A stretch of 64,000 nt of DNA, from NCBI GenBank assembly GCA_951406725.2, contig OX597835.1, forward strand, positions 37,324,001 to 37,388,000, read 5' to 3'. This DNA is from Octopus vulgaris (lineage: Eukaryota). The position numbers and the translations under genes were made by a program. The notes beneath the pieces are model-generated. The model did not search any database and was not told the origin of the DNA. It worked only from the letters and a program-made list of their open reading frames with translations. Within the stretch, counting starts at the first letter, position 1; each line of letters begins with the position of its first letter. Positions 27,258 to 40,319 of this stretch are shown piece after piece.

Positions 27258-28034
27258 ATATTCCTGCATATGATATTAAAGATGTGAATGGAATTTAAAA
27301 TGGAAGACAAATGATACAATTTCTTGGAATACCGTTTTGAGTGAGAATGATGCCAAAAGCAGAAAAATGAAGATTTAAGAACAAACAAAAACAAGAAGCC
27401 AAAACAACAAGATAAAATTAATGACATAACAACGAAAGTTGTTAGAATTTGGTGCCAATAACGAAAAAATAAATAATAAAATAATGGTGAGAAAAATCCC
27501 AGATGGTGTCTTGTTTTGAAGAAATATTATCATATTAACACAAACATTTTCTAATATCTTGCCTTCTGGTTCCAAGAACTATTTCAATTTCTCAAGATTT
27601 CTTGTATTCTTCCTCTTTGACTTTTTTAAAACTTTCTGTCACTCATTATTCTTCCAATGCTCTCTGTTTCTCTCCCTCTTTTTCTCTGAAACTATTTCTC
27701 ACTCTTTTTCTCTGTCTCTCTCTGTCTTTCTCTCTCTTACTCAAAAGCAATATTTCAAGGAATTATTTTGATTTGGTGAAATATTCTGGCAGGAAATGTT
27801 TTCATTCTGTGTTTTTTTTTTGTTTTTGGACCATTCCTCTTTTTTATGAATTTTCCATATCATTAAAATGATTCTTTGTTGTATGATATTCTTCCTTATT
27901 ATAATGAAGCTTATCTAAGTATATCTATATATGTAACTGAAACACTGTCAGAACATAATACTCACCATCTTATCAGTCTGTCCCTCCTAAGTAAATCATA
28001 CCTTGCACTAACCACCATTTTCAATGCAGCAAAA

Positions 28035-28085
<51 letters not shown>

Positions 28086-28176
28086 TGTTGGTTGTCTGCT
28101 CTTATAAAACATCAATGTTTGTCAGCAGGTCCTTGATGTTCAGTGAAGGAGCTTCTACATTTTTGATCTTTGTTTG

Positions 28177-28780
28177 ACTCTTTTACTCTTTTATTTGTTT
28201 CAGTCATTTAACTGTGGCCATGCTGGAGCACCATCTTTAGTCGAAGAAATCGACCCCAGGATGCATGCTTTGTAAGCCTGGTACTTATTCTACTGGGCTG
28301 CTTTGCCAAACCACTAAGCTATGGAGATGTAAACACACCAGCATCAGTTGACAAACGATGTTGGGGGGACTAACAGAGACACATACATACACACACACAC
28401 AAATGTATGTATGTATATATATACAATGGGCTTCTTTCAGTTTCCATCTACCAAATCCACTCACAAGGCTTTAGTTGGCCCGAGACTATAGTAGAAGACA
28501 CTTGTTTTTGTTGTTAAGCAACAAGACGGTTAAGGGTGATTAGGTGATTGTCTAAGGCTTAGGAGCGGGAGACCCCAGACCTTGGAAGAAAGAAAAACTT
28601 TGGTCGTCTTGTAGTCGAGGGCTCTTCATTGACACCCGACACCAGTGGGGCGGGTGGCCCTCAAAGTCACTGGAAATGGAGATCTCCAGGTCTAAATTCT
28701 TGAACGGCATAGAAGACACTTGCCCAAGGTGTCACACAGTGGGACTGAACCCGGAACCATGTGATTGGTAAGCAAGCTGC
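28177..28780 (-). mobile_element. SINE family A interrupted by family F
   Basis: Homology to 11107-11528 on both sides of the insert. Confidence 0.85.
28505..28709 (-). mobile_element. ~205-bp retroposon family F, copy 2
   Basis: Perfect 13-bp TSD TAGAAGACACTTG at 28492-28504 and 28710-28722. Confidence 0.88.
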
Positions 28781-29009
28781 ATAAAATAGTTGTCATCAGA
28801 GCTCCCTCAGAACACACTCCAAAATATCAATGAAGGGTATTTTGTACAATATAGTCTTTTGTATCTAAAAAGACATGATAAACATGACCAGAATTTACAA
28901 ACCTTCTTGCATATAGCACATGTTATTCCATTTTGATTGGCTTCCTGAAAATATGGTTTCTAGTTCAATCTCATCCCACAGCATCCTGGGCAAGTGTATT
29001 CTATGTGAA

Positions 29010-29510
29010 GACATGTGATTTAGTGGTTAGGGTGTTGGACTCGTAATAGTAAGATTGTGGTTTCAATTACTGCACCAGGCAACGCATCGTGTTCTTGAGC
29101 AAAACACCTCATTTCATGCTGTACCAGTCCACTCAGCTGACAAAAAGGAGTAACCCTGCAATGGATTGGTGTCCTGTCTAGGTGGGGAATATACACACCA
29201 CGAAACCAGGAAACTGGCCCTTATGAATCAGTATGACTCGAGGAGGTAACTTTGCTAACTTGTGGAGGGACGTGGCTTAGTGGTTATGGTGTTGGACTGA
29301 TGATCGTAAGATTATGGTTTCAATTCCTGGACTGGGTGATGCATTGTGTTCTCGAGCAAAATACTTCATTTCATGTTGCTCCAGCTGGAAAAAACGAGTA
29401 ATCCAATGATCGACTGGCATCCCATCCAGGTGGGGAATATATACTCCATGAAACTTGGGAAACTGACCCTTATAAGTTAGTACGACTCGAGAAGGTAACA
29501 TTGCCTTTTA
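29010..29510 (+). mobile_element. Head-to-tail pair of SINE family E
   Basis: Two ~250-bp copies, each with TAGTGGTT...GGTTTCAATT boxes and an ending GACTCGAG.AGGTAAC. Confidence 0.85.
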
Positions 29511-29723
29511 TGCCAGCGTAAAAACCCAGATGTAAAATGAATGAAAATACTTTGATCAACTGTCTGTCTGTGTGTGTGTCCTGGCAATGATTTGGATTTA
29601 TAGTGAGAACAGCATAGCCAATGGTATAGTTGTGAGCAAGAAGCAGAGATTCTGGTTGGAGAAATACTGCTCCAAAAATCTCTCATTTTACTGATGCAAG
29701 CACAGAAAAATGGACAGTGAAGC

Positions 29724-30225
29724 AATAATGATGATGATGAGGATGATGGTGATGAGGATTATGATGATAATGACAGTGACAATGATAATGTTGATGTCGA
29801 TGATGATGATGATGATAAAGATGATGGCAGTGGTGATGAAGATTGTGATGACGAAGATGATGACGACTGTGACAACCATAATGATGATGATGATGGTGGA
29901 GATGATGATGATGACAATGATGATGACGATGATGGTGATCATGATGACATTGACAATGATAACGTTGATGATGATGATAATGCTGGCAATGAGGATGATG
30001 AAGATGATGGCAGTGATGATGATAATTATGATGATGAGGATGATGACAACAATGACAACCACAATGACGACGACGATGATGATGATAATAACGATGATGA
30101 TGATGATAGTGATGATGATTATGATGATGATGACGACACTGATGCTGATGATTATAATGATGATGGTGATATTGACAATGATGATGTCGATGTTGCTGAT
30201 GATGATGGTGATGATGATAATGATA
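29724..30225. repeat. Degenerate (ATG)n trinucleotide tract
   Basis: Directly visible. Confidence 0.95.
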
Positions 30226-30695
30226 CATGTGTTTGTGTGTGTGTGTGTGTGTGTACATATTCTTTGACTGTAAAAAACCTACACATAAGTCACTGAATAT
30301 CTGAATGTTTCGTGCAAGGCACTTATCAAAATAACTTAAAAATCATGAATTCATTCTCTACACAAAGTACAATTTGCAATATTTTCCAGAATGTTAAATC
30401 AGAAATTATTAGAGAGTCACCAAATAATTCATAAATTTCAAAAACTGCATGTCAGGCAAAAATATAGGGGGGTAGGGGTAGGGCAAGGCTGGGGGGGGGG
30501 GATTTGAATAAAATATAAGTGAAAATATGCAGAATGAACACATAAGAAATATGTCTGCGTATCTAATTCATATACACTAAGTTATGCAATTAAATAGACA
30601 TATACATACATACATACATACACACACATATACATACACACATATATACATACATATATATGTATGTATATTCCATCTTCCATTTGCCATATGTA

Positions 30696-30736
<41 letters not shown>

Positions 30737-31099
30737 CACTATATAAATATATAAAATATATATAATATATATATATAAACATACATATGCACATATATAC
30801 ATATATGTATATATATAATGTGTATGTGTGTGTGTATATATATATATATAATACATATTTATACATATATATATATAAACATACATACGTACATATATAC
30901 ATATATGTATATGTATATAATGTGTATGTGTGTGTATACATATATATATATATATGTATGTATGTACATAAAGGTGCACAAAAAATGGAAATATGTATAC
31001 TCTAGGATATATGCCAATATATAATACACACACACACCCTCTCTGAATATATGCAAATTATTATCTACTCATATAAAATTAATGTTAATTCCAATGATT

Positions 31100-31525
31100 T
31101 GCGCCAGCAGAATTGTTACCATTCCAGGTAAAATGCTTAGTGCCATTTCGTTTGTCTTTTATGTTCTGAGTTCAAGTTTGGTTAAGGTTGACTGTGCTTT
31201 TCATCTCTTCGGGGTCAATGGAATGAGTGTCAGTTGAGCAACGGGGCTGATGTAATCAACTATTCCTCTCCCCCAAAATTTCAGGCCTTGTGCCTATAGT
31301 AGAAAGGAATATGAATGATATATATGTGTGTGTGTGTGTTTGTCCCTGCACCATCGCTTGAAAACCAATGTTGGCATGTGTACGTCCCTGTAACCTAGTG
31401 GCTCGGCAAAAGAGACTGATAGAATAAGTACTAGGCTAACAATGAATAAGTCCTAGGGACGATTTGTTCAACTAAAGGCGATGCTCCAGCATGGCCACTG
31501 TTAAATGACTAAAACAAGTAAAAAA
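31100..31525 (+). mobile_element. SINE B followed by the 3' half of SINE A
   Basis: Homology to other copies. Confidence 0.75.
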
Positions 31526-31574
31526 AACATGTAAGAAATACATATATATACATAGAAATATATATGTGTGTGTG

Positions 31575-31616
<42 letters not shown>

Positions 31617-31796
31617 TGCACAACAAATATTTAAACGTATATATATATATATATTGGTAAAAACAGTAAGATAACAAAAGAAAGAAAGAGACCACAATAT
31701 TATGTAAATAGAGGAAATTTATCTGTAAAATAATATGTGACAATTATTCGATAGGCAAGAAATGGTGTTGTGGATTTCCTCCTTGGCGAGTAATTG

Positions 31797-31832
<36 letters not shown>

Positions 31833-32608
31833 ATTTTATATACACACAATATTCAAATATATATGCACGTGTGTATATACTTATACACATCCTGGGTTTG
31901 TTAGCTCCTGTCAAACCATCTAACAGACTTTAAAGGATGATGATGATGATTTACACTATATTATATAGGAACACACCTGCAAACACACCTGCAAACACAC
32001 CTACGTTCACATTCAAAATACACACACACACACATATATTTCAACATATGCTAAAAAAGTGAGTAGGCATTTGATTGCTTAGATCTTGAACCTGTCTTCT
32101 AATATTAACGCATGCATTCATTCTTTTTGCTTAAATATTTCGCATACACACTGAACACTTCCCTCATCTAATTTGTAATTATAGTAGCAGAGCACTCCTT
32201 TTGAATATAAGCCTTAATTAGAGGAATTAAGATGTGCCTTGTGGTGGTTTATTTGTGTCTAGTTACAATACAGTCACACACAGACATGTAATGCATATTT
32301 TGAGAAAGTGTCCCCTTTTCAAATTGAGCAAAGGAAAAAGATAAGGAATTTTGAGAAATATGTTGTTACTGGCAAATCGTTCTAATATGTTGTGAGACAC
32401 ACCCAGCATAAATAACACAATGGATAGACATGATATCAACAAAGATTGCGAATGGATGAAAATTCTAGTGACAGAGTGATATTTGCTCACTTGTTTACAA
32501 CAACTATGCGATATGAAGCTAAGGAGATGTGCACACACACACAATATATATATATATATATATATTTATAAGTACAAAGTGAGATAGGGGTTATAATTGT
32601 ACTTTATA

Positions 32609-32736
32609 ATCTCTGACGAGGCCTTGAGATATATATATATAAGTAACTCATTTTTAACTGCATACTACCTCAATACATCTGACTAATATAGGCACAATGA
32701 GATACCTTTATCTACAGGCTGAAACAGCTGTAAGAT
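32609..32736 (+). ncRNA. Type I hammerhead ribozyme with intact core and long stem II insertion
   Basis: ATCT CTGACGA GGCCT...AGGCT GAAA CAGCTG TA AGAT. Stem I ATCT/AGAT, palindromic stem III, GUA triplet. Confidence 0.7.
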
Positions 32737-32890
32737 CCATTTTACATGTAATATTTTTATGGTATTATGATGTATATTGTTTTATTCTGTTGGATTTGGA
32801 TGTTCCTATTTAATTAGTTAATAAATTATATGAATTGGTATTATCTGTAAGTTGATGATTGAAAGGAATCTGTTCCTCCATTTTCTTATT

Positions 32891-32936
<46 letters not shown>

Positions 32937-33167
32937 ACTTCTTTAACAGGCTGAGTTGGCAATTATGTGTTTCTGGTTAGTAAGGAGAGTCCTGTCAAGG
33001 ATGGAAAAGCAGAGACAAAGCAGATTTAAGATGTATTTTAGTCCTGTTTCACTGGAGATTTGATGGACTTTCTAATGATGGTGCCATGAAGAATACACTC
33101 AGTACACTATGTAAGGTGTATAACAAATGACTAGAGAATGCATAGGGTTGACAGGTCTCTTTAGTTC

Positions 33168-33398
33168 TTGGTGGCAAGCTGGCAGAAACAGCACACCGGG
33201 CGAAATGCTTAGCGGTATTTTGTCTGGCGCTACGTTCTGAGTTCAAATTCTGCCGAGGTGGACTTTGCCTTTCATCTTTTGGGGTCGATAAATTAAGTAC
33301 CACTTATGCACTGAGGTCGATGTAATCGACTTAATACCTATGTCTGTCCTTGTTTATCTCCTCTATGTTTAGCCCCTCATGGGTAATAAAGAAATAGG
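33168..33398 (+). mobile_element. SINE family B
   Basis: Homology to 14001-14230. Confidence 0.85.
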
Positions 33399-33552
33399 TC
33401 TCTTTAGTTCTGTCTTGACAAGGACTTATCAACCTCTCTAGTGCTGGTACCAAGGTGTTAGATATGACCTTTCTTTGATTCTGGCACCTACAAATTAAGC
33501 ATGAGGAAGAATAGAGTTTTCCTTTTCCATGCATCTGAAGAACATCTTTTAA

Positions 33553-33758
33553 CCTTTCCGTTACCAAAGCGGCTGAAACTGGCTCTGGCTATGTAGTACA
33601 AATGTATTGTTTCCATAAGTTTTGAATTAAAATATTCCACCAAACCTTAGTCACAATTTATGTACCTAACACTAGCTAAGTTATTTTACTAAATTATTTG
33701 TTATATTTAAAATAATTGAAAGAAACAGAAAGTATCTCTCAATACGGTAACAAAAGTA
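33553..33758. mobile_element. piggyBac-like MITE
   Basis: TTAA flanks (33549-52, 33759-62) and imperfect TIRs CCTTTCCGTTACC / GGTAACAAAAGTA. Confidence 0.6.
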
Positions 33759-34419
33759 TTAAAAATGATCAGCTGTCAAGCTTGTAAATTGTTTCATGAT
33801 GTTGCTAGATGGTATGAGGGTGGTTCTGTAGATCACAGACTTTGAGAATCAAGGTCCTCCTAATGGGCAGTCCATGGGGATTTCGGCAGTGACAGGTTCA
33901 AACTTGACATAGAGACTATGTGGGTGTCTCTTTGTTTCTACAGTAGTGTGCAATGCTGGAAGTGATATTATCTAAACATGTGTAGCTAACCTTCATGTTA
34001 TGGACATTAATGAGCTTATAACACCTAAGTGCCATTCAGAAATGCTAACTAGGGGCAAGAAGCATTTGGCTGTATAGCACATAGTCTCAACTGAATGGCG
34101 GATTGAACCAAGGAACCTGTATTTAAATATTTAGAACTTAAACTAAATATGTTGAGTGCCATTTTCTTTCATGTGTTCACCTACACATATGTATATATGT
34201 ATGAAGATATGTATGTATGCATATATTCATGGATATACATACGTATGAACATATATGTGTGTATATATATATATACACACACACATAGGTGTGAGTGTAT
34301 ATATGTATGTGTATATATATCTTTATGTTTTTATATATATACACTTATATATATATGAATATATATATGTATGCATATGTGTGTGCATATTTATATATTT
34401 AAATATATATAAATCTTTG

Positions 34420-34478
<59 letters not shown>

Positions 34479-35302
34479 ATACTTACTTATATATATATAT
34501 ATTATCTGAAATGATAAATGATGTGAGAAAATTACTATAACATTTCACTTTAAGAGCACATCAATCATTTGAGAAAAAAACAGAAATCTCAGAATATATA
34601 TATATATATATACATGTATACTATATTTTATATTATTCAACAACTTCATGTATCTGCGTAGATTGTGTAATCTAAAGCGTGTTGAGATTGATGACAAGGA
34701 ATGAAGGTGGGGATTAAAATTCTAATGTATTATATAGACAAATAAATCTGATGAAAATATAGTCATTAAGTATCAAATTTTTGTATATACTTCAGAAATA
34801 ATCTGGCAACACAGATAATTTATAGATAAGTGATAGATAAGACACTGTGAAAATTGATAGATAGGTAAGTAGGTAAACGGAGAGACAGGCTAATAGATAT
34901 GAAGGCTGAAGGTTGGAGAGTTTTATAGATCCGGCAGTAATGGTTCAGTTATGTTTTACTGAAGATCTCTAATGAGATGAATCCGGAATTGTCAGCACAT
35001 TACCACAGATCAAGCACACTTCCTGCACTGCATTGTGATACATTTTATTTTTTTTTTGCATGAATTTAAATTCTGTAGTTGTCTCCCCTGCTGTCTTTCT
35101 TCTTTTGATCACATTAAATAATTTTTTCGTTTTTTCATTCACATTATGGATGTAATTTTTATTAATTTAAATTTTCTTGGTTCACAACGTTTGCCTTTGA
35201 TGGCTACATTAAATATGTTAGTATTTCCTTATCTTCTTTATTGTATGTGTGTGTGTGCATGCATGTGTGTATGTGAGAGAGTGTTTTATATATATATACA
35301 TA

Positions 35303-35592
35303 TCACGTTATCACGTGACCAACCAGACCATCAGATGTTGGTACACATCGGTGGTCACAATGCGTTAGCATTGTTTTAGCCTTCGAATGATGCCATCCCG
35401 CTGGCTAAATGAGCAGGCCAACAGAAGAAAGAGTTGTGAAAGAGTACAGCAGGGATTAACACCCCCTGCCGGAGCCTCATGGAACTTTAGGTGTTTTCGC
35501 TCAATAAACACTCACAATGCCCGGTCTGGGAATTGAAACCGCGATCCTACGACCGCTAGTCCGCTGCCCTAACCACTGGGCCATTGCGCCCC
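35303..35592 (-). mobile_element. SINE family C
   Basis: Homology to 9769-10082 and 47228-47425. Confidence 0.85.
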
Positions 35593-35795
35593 CATCATCA
35601 TCATCATCATCATCATCATCGTTTAACGTCCGTTCTCCATGCTAGCATGGGTTGGACGGTTCAACTGGGGTTCTGGGAAGCCAGAAGGCTGCACCAGACT
35701 CCAGTCTTATCTGGCAATGTTTCTACAGCTGGATGCCCTTCCTAACGCCAACCACTCTGTGAGTGTAGTGGGTGCTTTTTACGTGCCACCTGCCA
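35593..35795 (-). mobile_element. RTE 3' UTR terminal fragment
   Basis: Near-identical to 41906-42095. Confidence 0.88.
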
Positions 35796-35807
35796 CCCAT
35801 ATATATG

Positions 35808-35863
<56 letters not shown>

Positions 35864-35873
35864 TATGTGTGTG

Positions 35874-35938
<65 letters not shown>

Positions 35939-36260
35939 TATTTAATAAACACAGTACATGTTTTTATGTACTACTATTAGATTCCTGTGCTGAGAACAGG
36001 TCAAACATTGTTTTGTAACATGCCTAGTCTCCTAGCACAAACATCAAACACTGCCCACATAGCATAAAAAATTATAACAAGTTATAAAACAATGTTTGAC
36101 CTGTTCTAAGCAAATGAAACTAATAGTAGCACATAGAAACATATTGATATTGTGTTTATTAAATAACATTTATCTTTCACCAGGTGAAATACTTTTTTTG
36201 GTGATCTTACATCATGGAACAATACACACACTGTGTGTGTGTGTGTGTATACATATACAC

Positions 36261-36690
36261 ACAGGGATGGCCATAAGTTGCTTTACTCATTTCTAATAAT
36301 AATAAAGACAAATGATAACAAACACATGCTGTGTGATTTTGCCATATCTCAGCTTGATACAAAGACATCTGGATGTAGTATGGTGTTCCATCTCATTATG
36401 GCAGGAATGTATGCCACTTCTTGGATGATACTTTTGAGATGTGGATCGGCAGAAGAGGAACCATTGAATGGCCTCTACAATCGCTGGGCCTGAGTCACTG
36501 TGACTACTCAATGTGGGGCATCCTGAAAGAACGTGTCTACTCACAAGATGTTTGGACAATACCTGAGTTGAGGGGAAAGAATTATTGCAGAATTTGTAGC
36601 CCTGGACAATGATAAGGACTTGTGTTGGTGAGTCTGAGAAGAATCCAGTTGTGCATTGACTCTGAAGGATAATACTTTGAAGATATGATA
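36261..36690 (+). mobile_element. Internally deleted Tc1/mariner-superfamily element
   Basis: CAGGG.TGGCC end. WIGRRGTIEWP..S..L..CDYSMWGILKERVY is a degenerate WPPRSPDL.P.DFFLWG motif. Confidence 0.7.
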
Positions 36691-37088
36691 TAAGGAGTGG
36701 CTGTGTGATAAATAGCTTACTTACCAACCATATGATTCCAGGTTCAGTCTCACTGCGTGGCACCTTGGGCAAGTAAGTGTCTTCTACTATAGCCTTGGGC
36801 TGACCAAAGCCTTGTGAGTGGATTTGGTAGATGGATACTGAAAGAAGCCTGTTGTATATATACATATATGTGTGTATGTATGTGTGTTTGTCCCCCTCCC
36901 CCAACATCGCTTGGCAACCACTGCTGGTGTGTTTACATCCCCATAACTTAGCAGTTCAGCAAAAGAGACCGATAGAATAAGTACTAGGCTTACAAAAAAT
37001 AAGTCTTGGAGTCGATTTGTTCGACTAAAGGCAGTGCTCCAGCATGGTCACAGTCAAATGACTGAAACAAGTAAAAGAATAAAAGAGT
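36691..37088 (+). mobile_element. SINE family A
   Basis: Full head and tail. Confidence 0.88.
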
Positions 37089-37171
37089 GAAAAATAAGTG
37101 TTATCTTTGCTTTTGTCTTGAAATTATAATTGTACGATGACTAAATAATAGTTACACCATTTGGAAAACTC

Positions 37172-37320
37172 TTGGAGTGGTTGGCATTAGGAAGGGCATC
37201 CAGCTGTAGAAACTTTGCCAGATCAGATTGGAGCCTGGTGCAGCCTTCTGGCTTGCCAGTTTTCAGTCAAACCGTCCAACCCATGCCAGCATGGAAAGCA
37301 GATGCTAAACGATGATGATA
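37172..37320 (+). mobile_element. RTE 3' UTR terminal fragment
   Basis: Homology to 13290-13450. Confidence 0.85.
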
Positions 37321-37338
37321 TGTGTGTGTGTATGTATG

Positions 37339-37372
<34 letters not shown>

Positions 37373-37594
37373 TATATGATAAATAGAATGCATAAATGAT
37401 AAACAGAATGCTATTAACTATTTAAAAAAAAAACGTTAGTAGATCCAACGTCAAAGGCAGATACTAGGAAGAGAAGGGGTAAAGAAATGATAAGCAGAGA
37501 ACAAATAAAGTGGGATATATTGGTTAAAAAAATGTTCAAAGGCTTGGAAGTAGATTTCTCTATTGAAGTAAAGTGCAAGGTGAACTAAATGTTC

Positions 37595-38040
37595 AAGCTA
37601 TAAAGACTGGTAAAAATCACTTATATGAGCTGAAGGTATGTTTCTGCAGTGCTTACATTTGTAAGATCGCTCTATAAGTGTGTTAACAAGGTGATTCTTA
37701 GAGAAGAGAATATGGAAGAGTTCAGAGTTGCAAATGTTACAAAATCCCTTGCCCTTATTGTAAGGAAAGGATACGGACAGGATGAACCAATCTAACTTAA
37801 AATCTTTATTGTTGTCTTTAAGATACCAAACCAATTTACTTAGCCCTGTGCTATAACGTTTACTGCAATCCCTAAATGAAGAATAATGATTGGAAATTCT
37901 CTTAGATAACTGGGAAGAGAATATGTCAATGTAGAAGTAGACATCGGTTTCCGCAAGAAATTTTACATTGGTATATAGAATTCTTAATCTTAGAATTATT
38001 AGACATAAATTTTATTCTGTTGGGGTTGTCCTCAGAGACC
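37595..38040 (-). mobile_element. Penelope-like element GIY-YIG endonuclease fragment (frameshifted)
   Basis: IYQCKI...KRISNHYSSF...STGLSKLVWYLKD...DWFIL...CNICNSELFHIL...KCKH, characteristic of PLE C-termini. Confidence 0.8.
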
Positions 38041-38419
38041 AAAACTATGTTGTTATTACTACTACTATTATTATTATTATTATTATTATTATGTGTTGAG
38101 CTATTACATAATATATAGAACATGTTTAACGTGAAAGAAAAGCACGAAGCATGGTGATGTTATTTCTATTATTTCATATCTTCTTTTAATGTTTCTGTGA
38201 CTGATAATCAAGATCGATGAATAATGACAAATTATAAATGTGATTTATACAGTACGATTGATCATACTGAATACATAATGAGACAGGGTTGAAATACATG
38301 CATGTACGTATGTATGTGTCTATATATGTATGTGTGTGTTTATGTATCTATGTATATCTGTTGTATGTACATGTGTGTATGTATGTATGTGTGTGTGTTT
38401 TTACATATGTAGGATGCAA

Positions 38420-38650
38420 GGTGTTATGGTGTGGTACTTGTGATTATAAGATTGTGGTTTCGATTCCTGTACTGGGTGATGTGTTGCGCTCTTAAGCAAA
38501 TCACTTCATTTCTCATTGCTTCAGTCCACTCAGCTGGCAAAGTGAGAAATCCTGTGATGGACTGGCGTCCCATCCAGGTGGGGAATATACACGCCATGAA
38601 ACCAGGAAGTTGGCCTTATGAAACAATGGCTCGGGAACGACCTTTGATCT
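38420..38650 (+). mobile_element. SINE family E
   Basis: Homology to 29010-29510. Confidence 0.8.
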
Positions 38651-38736
38651 TTGATTCTTGTTCTTTCTAAATGTATACAGATGTATATATGTGTGTGTGT
38701 GTGTGTGTGTATATATACATACATATAATTATATAT

Positions 38737-38796
<60 letters not shown>

Positions 38797-38801
<5 letters not shown>

Positions 38802-38994
38802 ATCCAACCATGAAAACACAAAGAGAAAACTCAACAATGCGAGGACGTGGAACAAGTATAGTATTATTGGATGCTCAGGAAAGAAGGAGGCTTTAATGTT
38901 TCGAGCGGAGCTCTTCGTCAGAAACATAGGAAAAGGAAAGATCCAAAGAAGGCAAGACTGAGGGGAAAAAAATCACCAACGGTACACACGTGGT

Positions 38995-38997
<3 letters not shown>
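38797..38997 (-). mobile_element. Hammerhead-bearing short element H1 copy 2 (HHR 38891-38925)
   Basis: Minus strand GTTT CTGACGA A GAGC TCC GCTC GAAA CA TT AAAG, flanked by (TA)n. Confidence 0.8.
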
Positions 38998-39055
<58 letters not shown>

Positions 39056-39210
39056 CAATTTCATTTAATTAATCAAGGAATTAAAGTCCCTTTAGGGATG
39101 CAAGCATCCTAGTGCACTGGTTTATACCAGTGTTCAGAGAAAACCAAATACATTAGTTTATCACTGAAACTTACAGGTATTTAAATAACCCTTTTTAAAC
39201 AACAAAATGG

Positions 39211-39729
39211 AGAAAATGGATAAAAATTTACATACTGATGTTTTTATTTAAAGACATTCAAATTCATGTATAGAAACTCCTACCTACAGCTGTTTCCATA
39301 CCCAATTCTTTAATATCAAAAATAAAATTCCATATTCGAAACCAGTGAGTCGGATATATCCTCAGGAAGAATTTCAAAAGGAAGTCATTTAACAACGTGT
39401 AGGCTAACCTACGACCAGAAGTATGTATGTATGTGTGCATGTGTGTATATACTTAGGTATGTATGCCTGTTGTATGTACATATGTGTGTATTTATATATG
39501 TGTGCATGTGTTTTTACATATGAGTTTGTCGTAGGTTAGCCAACATATTGTTAAATGATTTCCTTTTGAAATTCTCCCGAGGATATACCCAACTCACTGG
39601 CTTCAAATATGGAATTATATTTCTAATATTAAAGAATTGGGTATGCAAACAGCTGTAGGAAGGGGATCTATGTATGAATTTCAATGTCTTTATTTAAAAA
39701 CATCAGTACGTAAATTCTATCCATTTTCT
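39211..39729. repeat. Inverted pair of ~205-bp hammerhead-containing units
   Basis: Arms 39211-39415 and 39528-39729 separated by a (TATG/TG) spacer. The left arm has an intact CTGAGGA...GAAA CAGCTG TA on the minus strand. Confidence 0.85.
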
Positions 39730-39806
39730 TATTTAAAAAGATATATATATATATATGAATGTGTATGCATATGAGTGTGAGTATGTATGTGTATGTATGT
39801 ACATAT

Positions 39807-39837
<31 letters not shown>

Positions 39838-39962
39838 AATATATATATATATATAAAGATATATATATATTTATTTATTAATGACTTGTAGACACTGGAT
39901 ATTTTGTTACGCAATGATAATATTTTACAAAGTATATTAAACATTTTTATAAGTCAATTTTT

Positions 39963-40319
39963 ATAAGCACTATGACCAGCGTTGCCGGGTCATAGTGCTA
40001 GTGCATGCATGTGCACATACACGCAAGTACTGTCCAAATCTCCAACCACTCACATACAGCTAATTGGCATTTAATTGGCGTATCAAGTTTCAGGCATTTT
40101 GATTGGGTTTTGGATAGAAAATTCACAAGAAAGTAATTTCTATTGATTTTTTAATGGCTTTGCAGGGTGACTGGGGAAATGTAAAGATGTGCACAACCAC
40201 CCTTGGATGGTTTTGAATGACCATAGAAAGTGCGAGCCCTCTAACTGAAAAATTGTGGATTTGTATAAAGGACACGCACGCACACACACACACAGTTTGG
40301 CATGTATATATATAGAGAT
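39963..40319 (-). mobile_element. Non-autonomous Helitron, copy 1
   Basis: Minus strand starts TC(TCTATATA) and ends with hairpin GCACTATGACC...GGTCATAGTGC (terminal CTAG degenerate). Homologous to 63467-63830. Confidence 0.75.
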
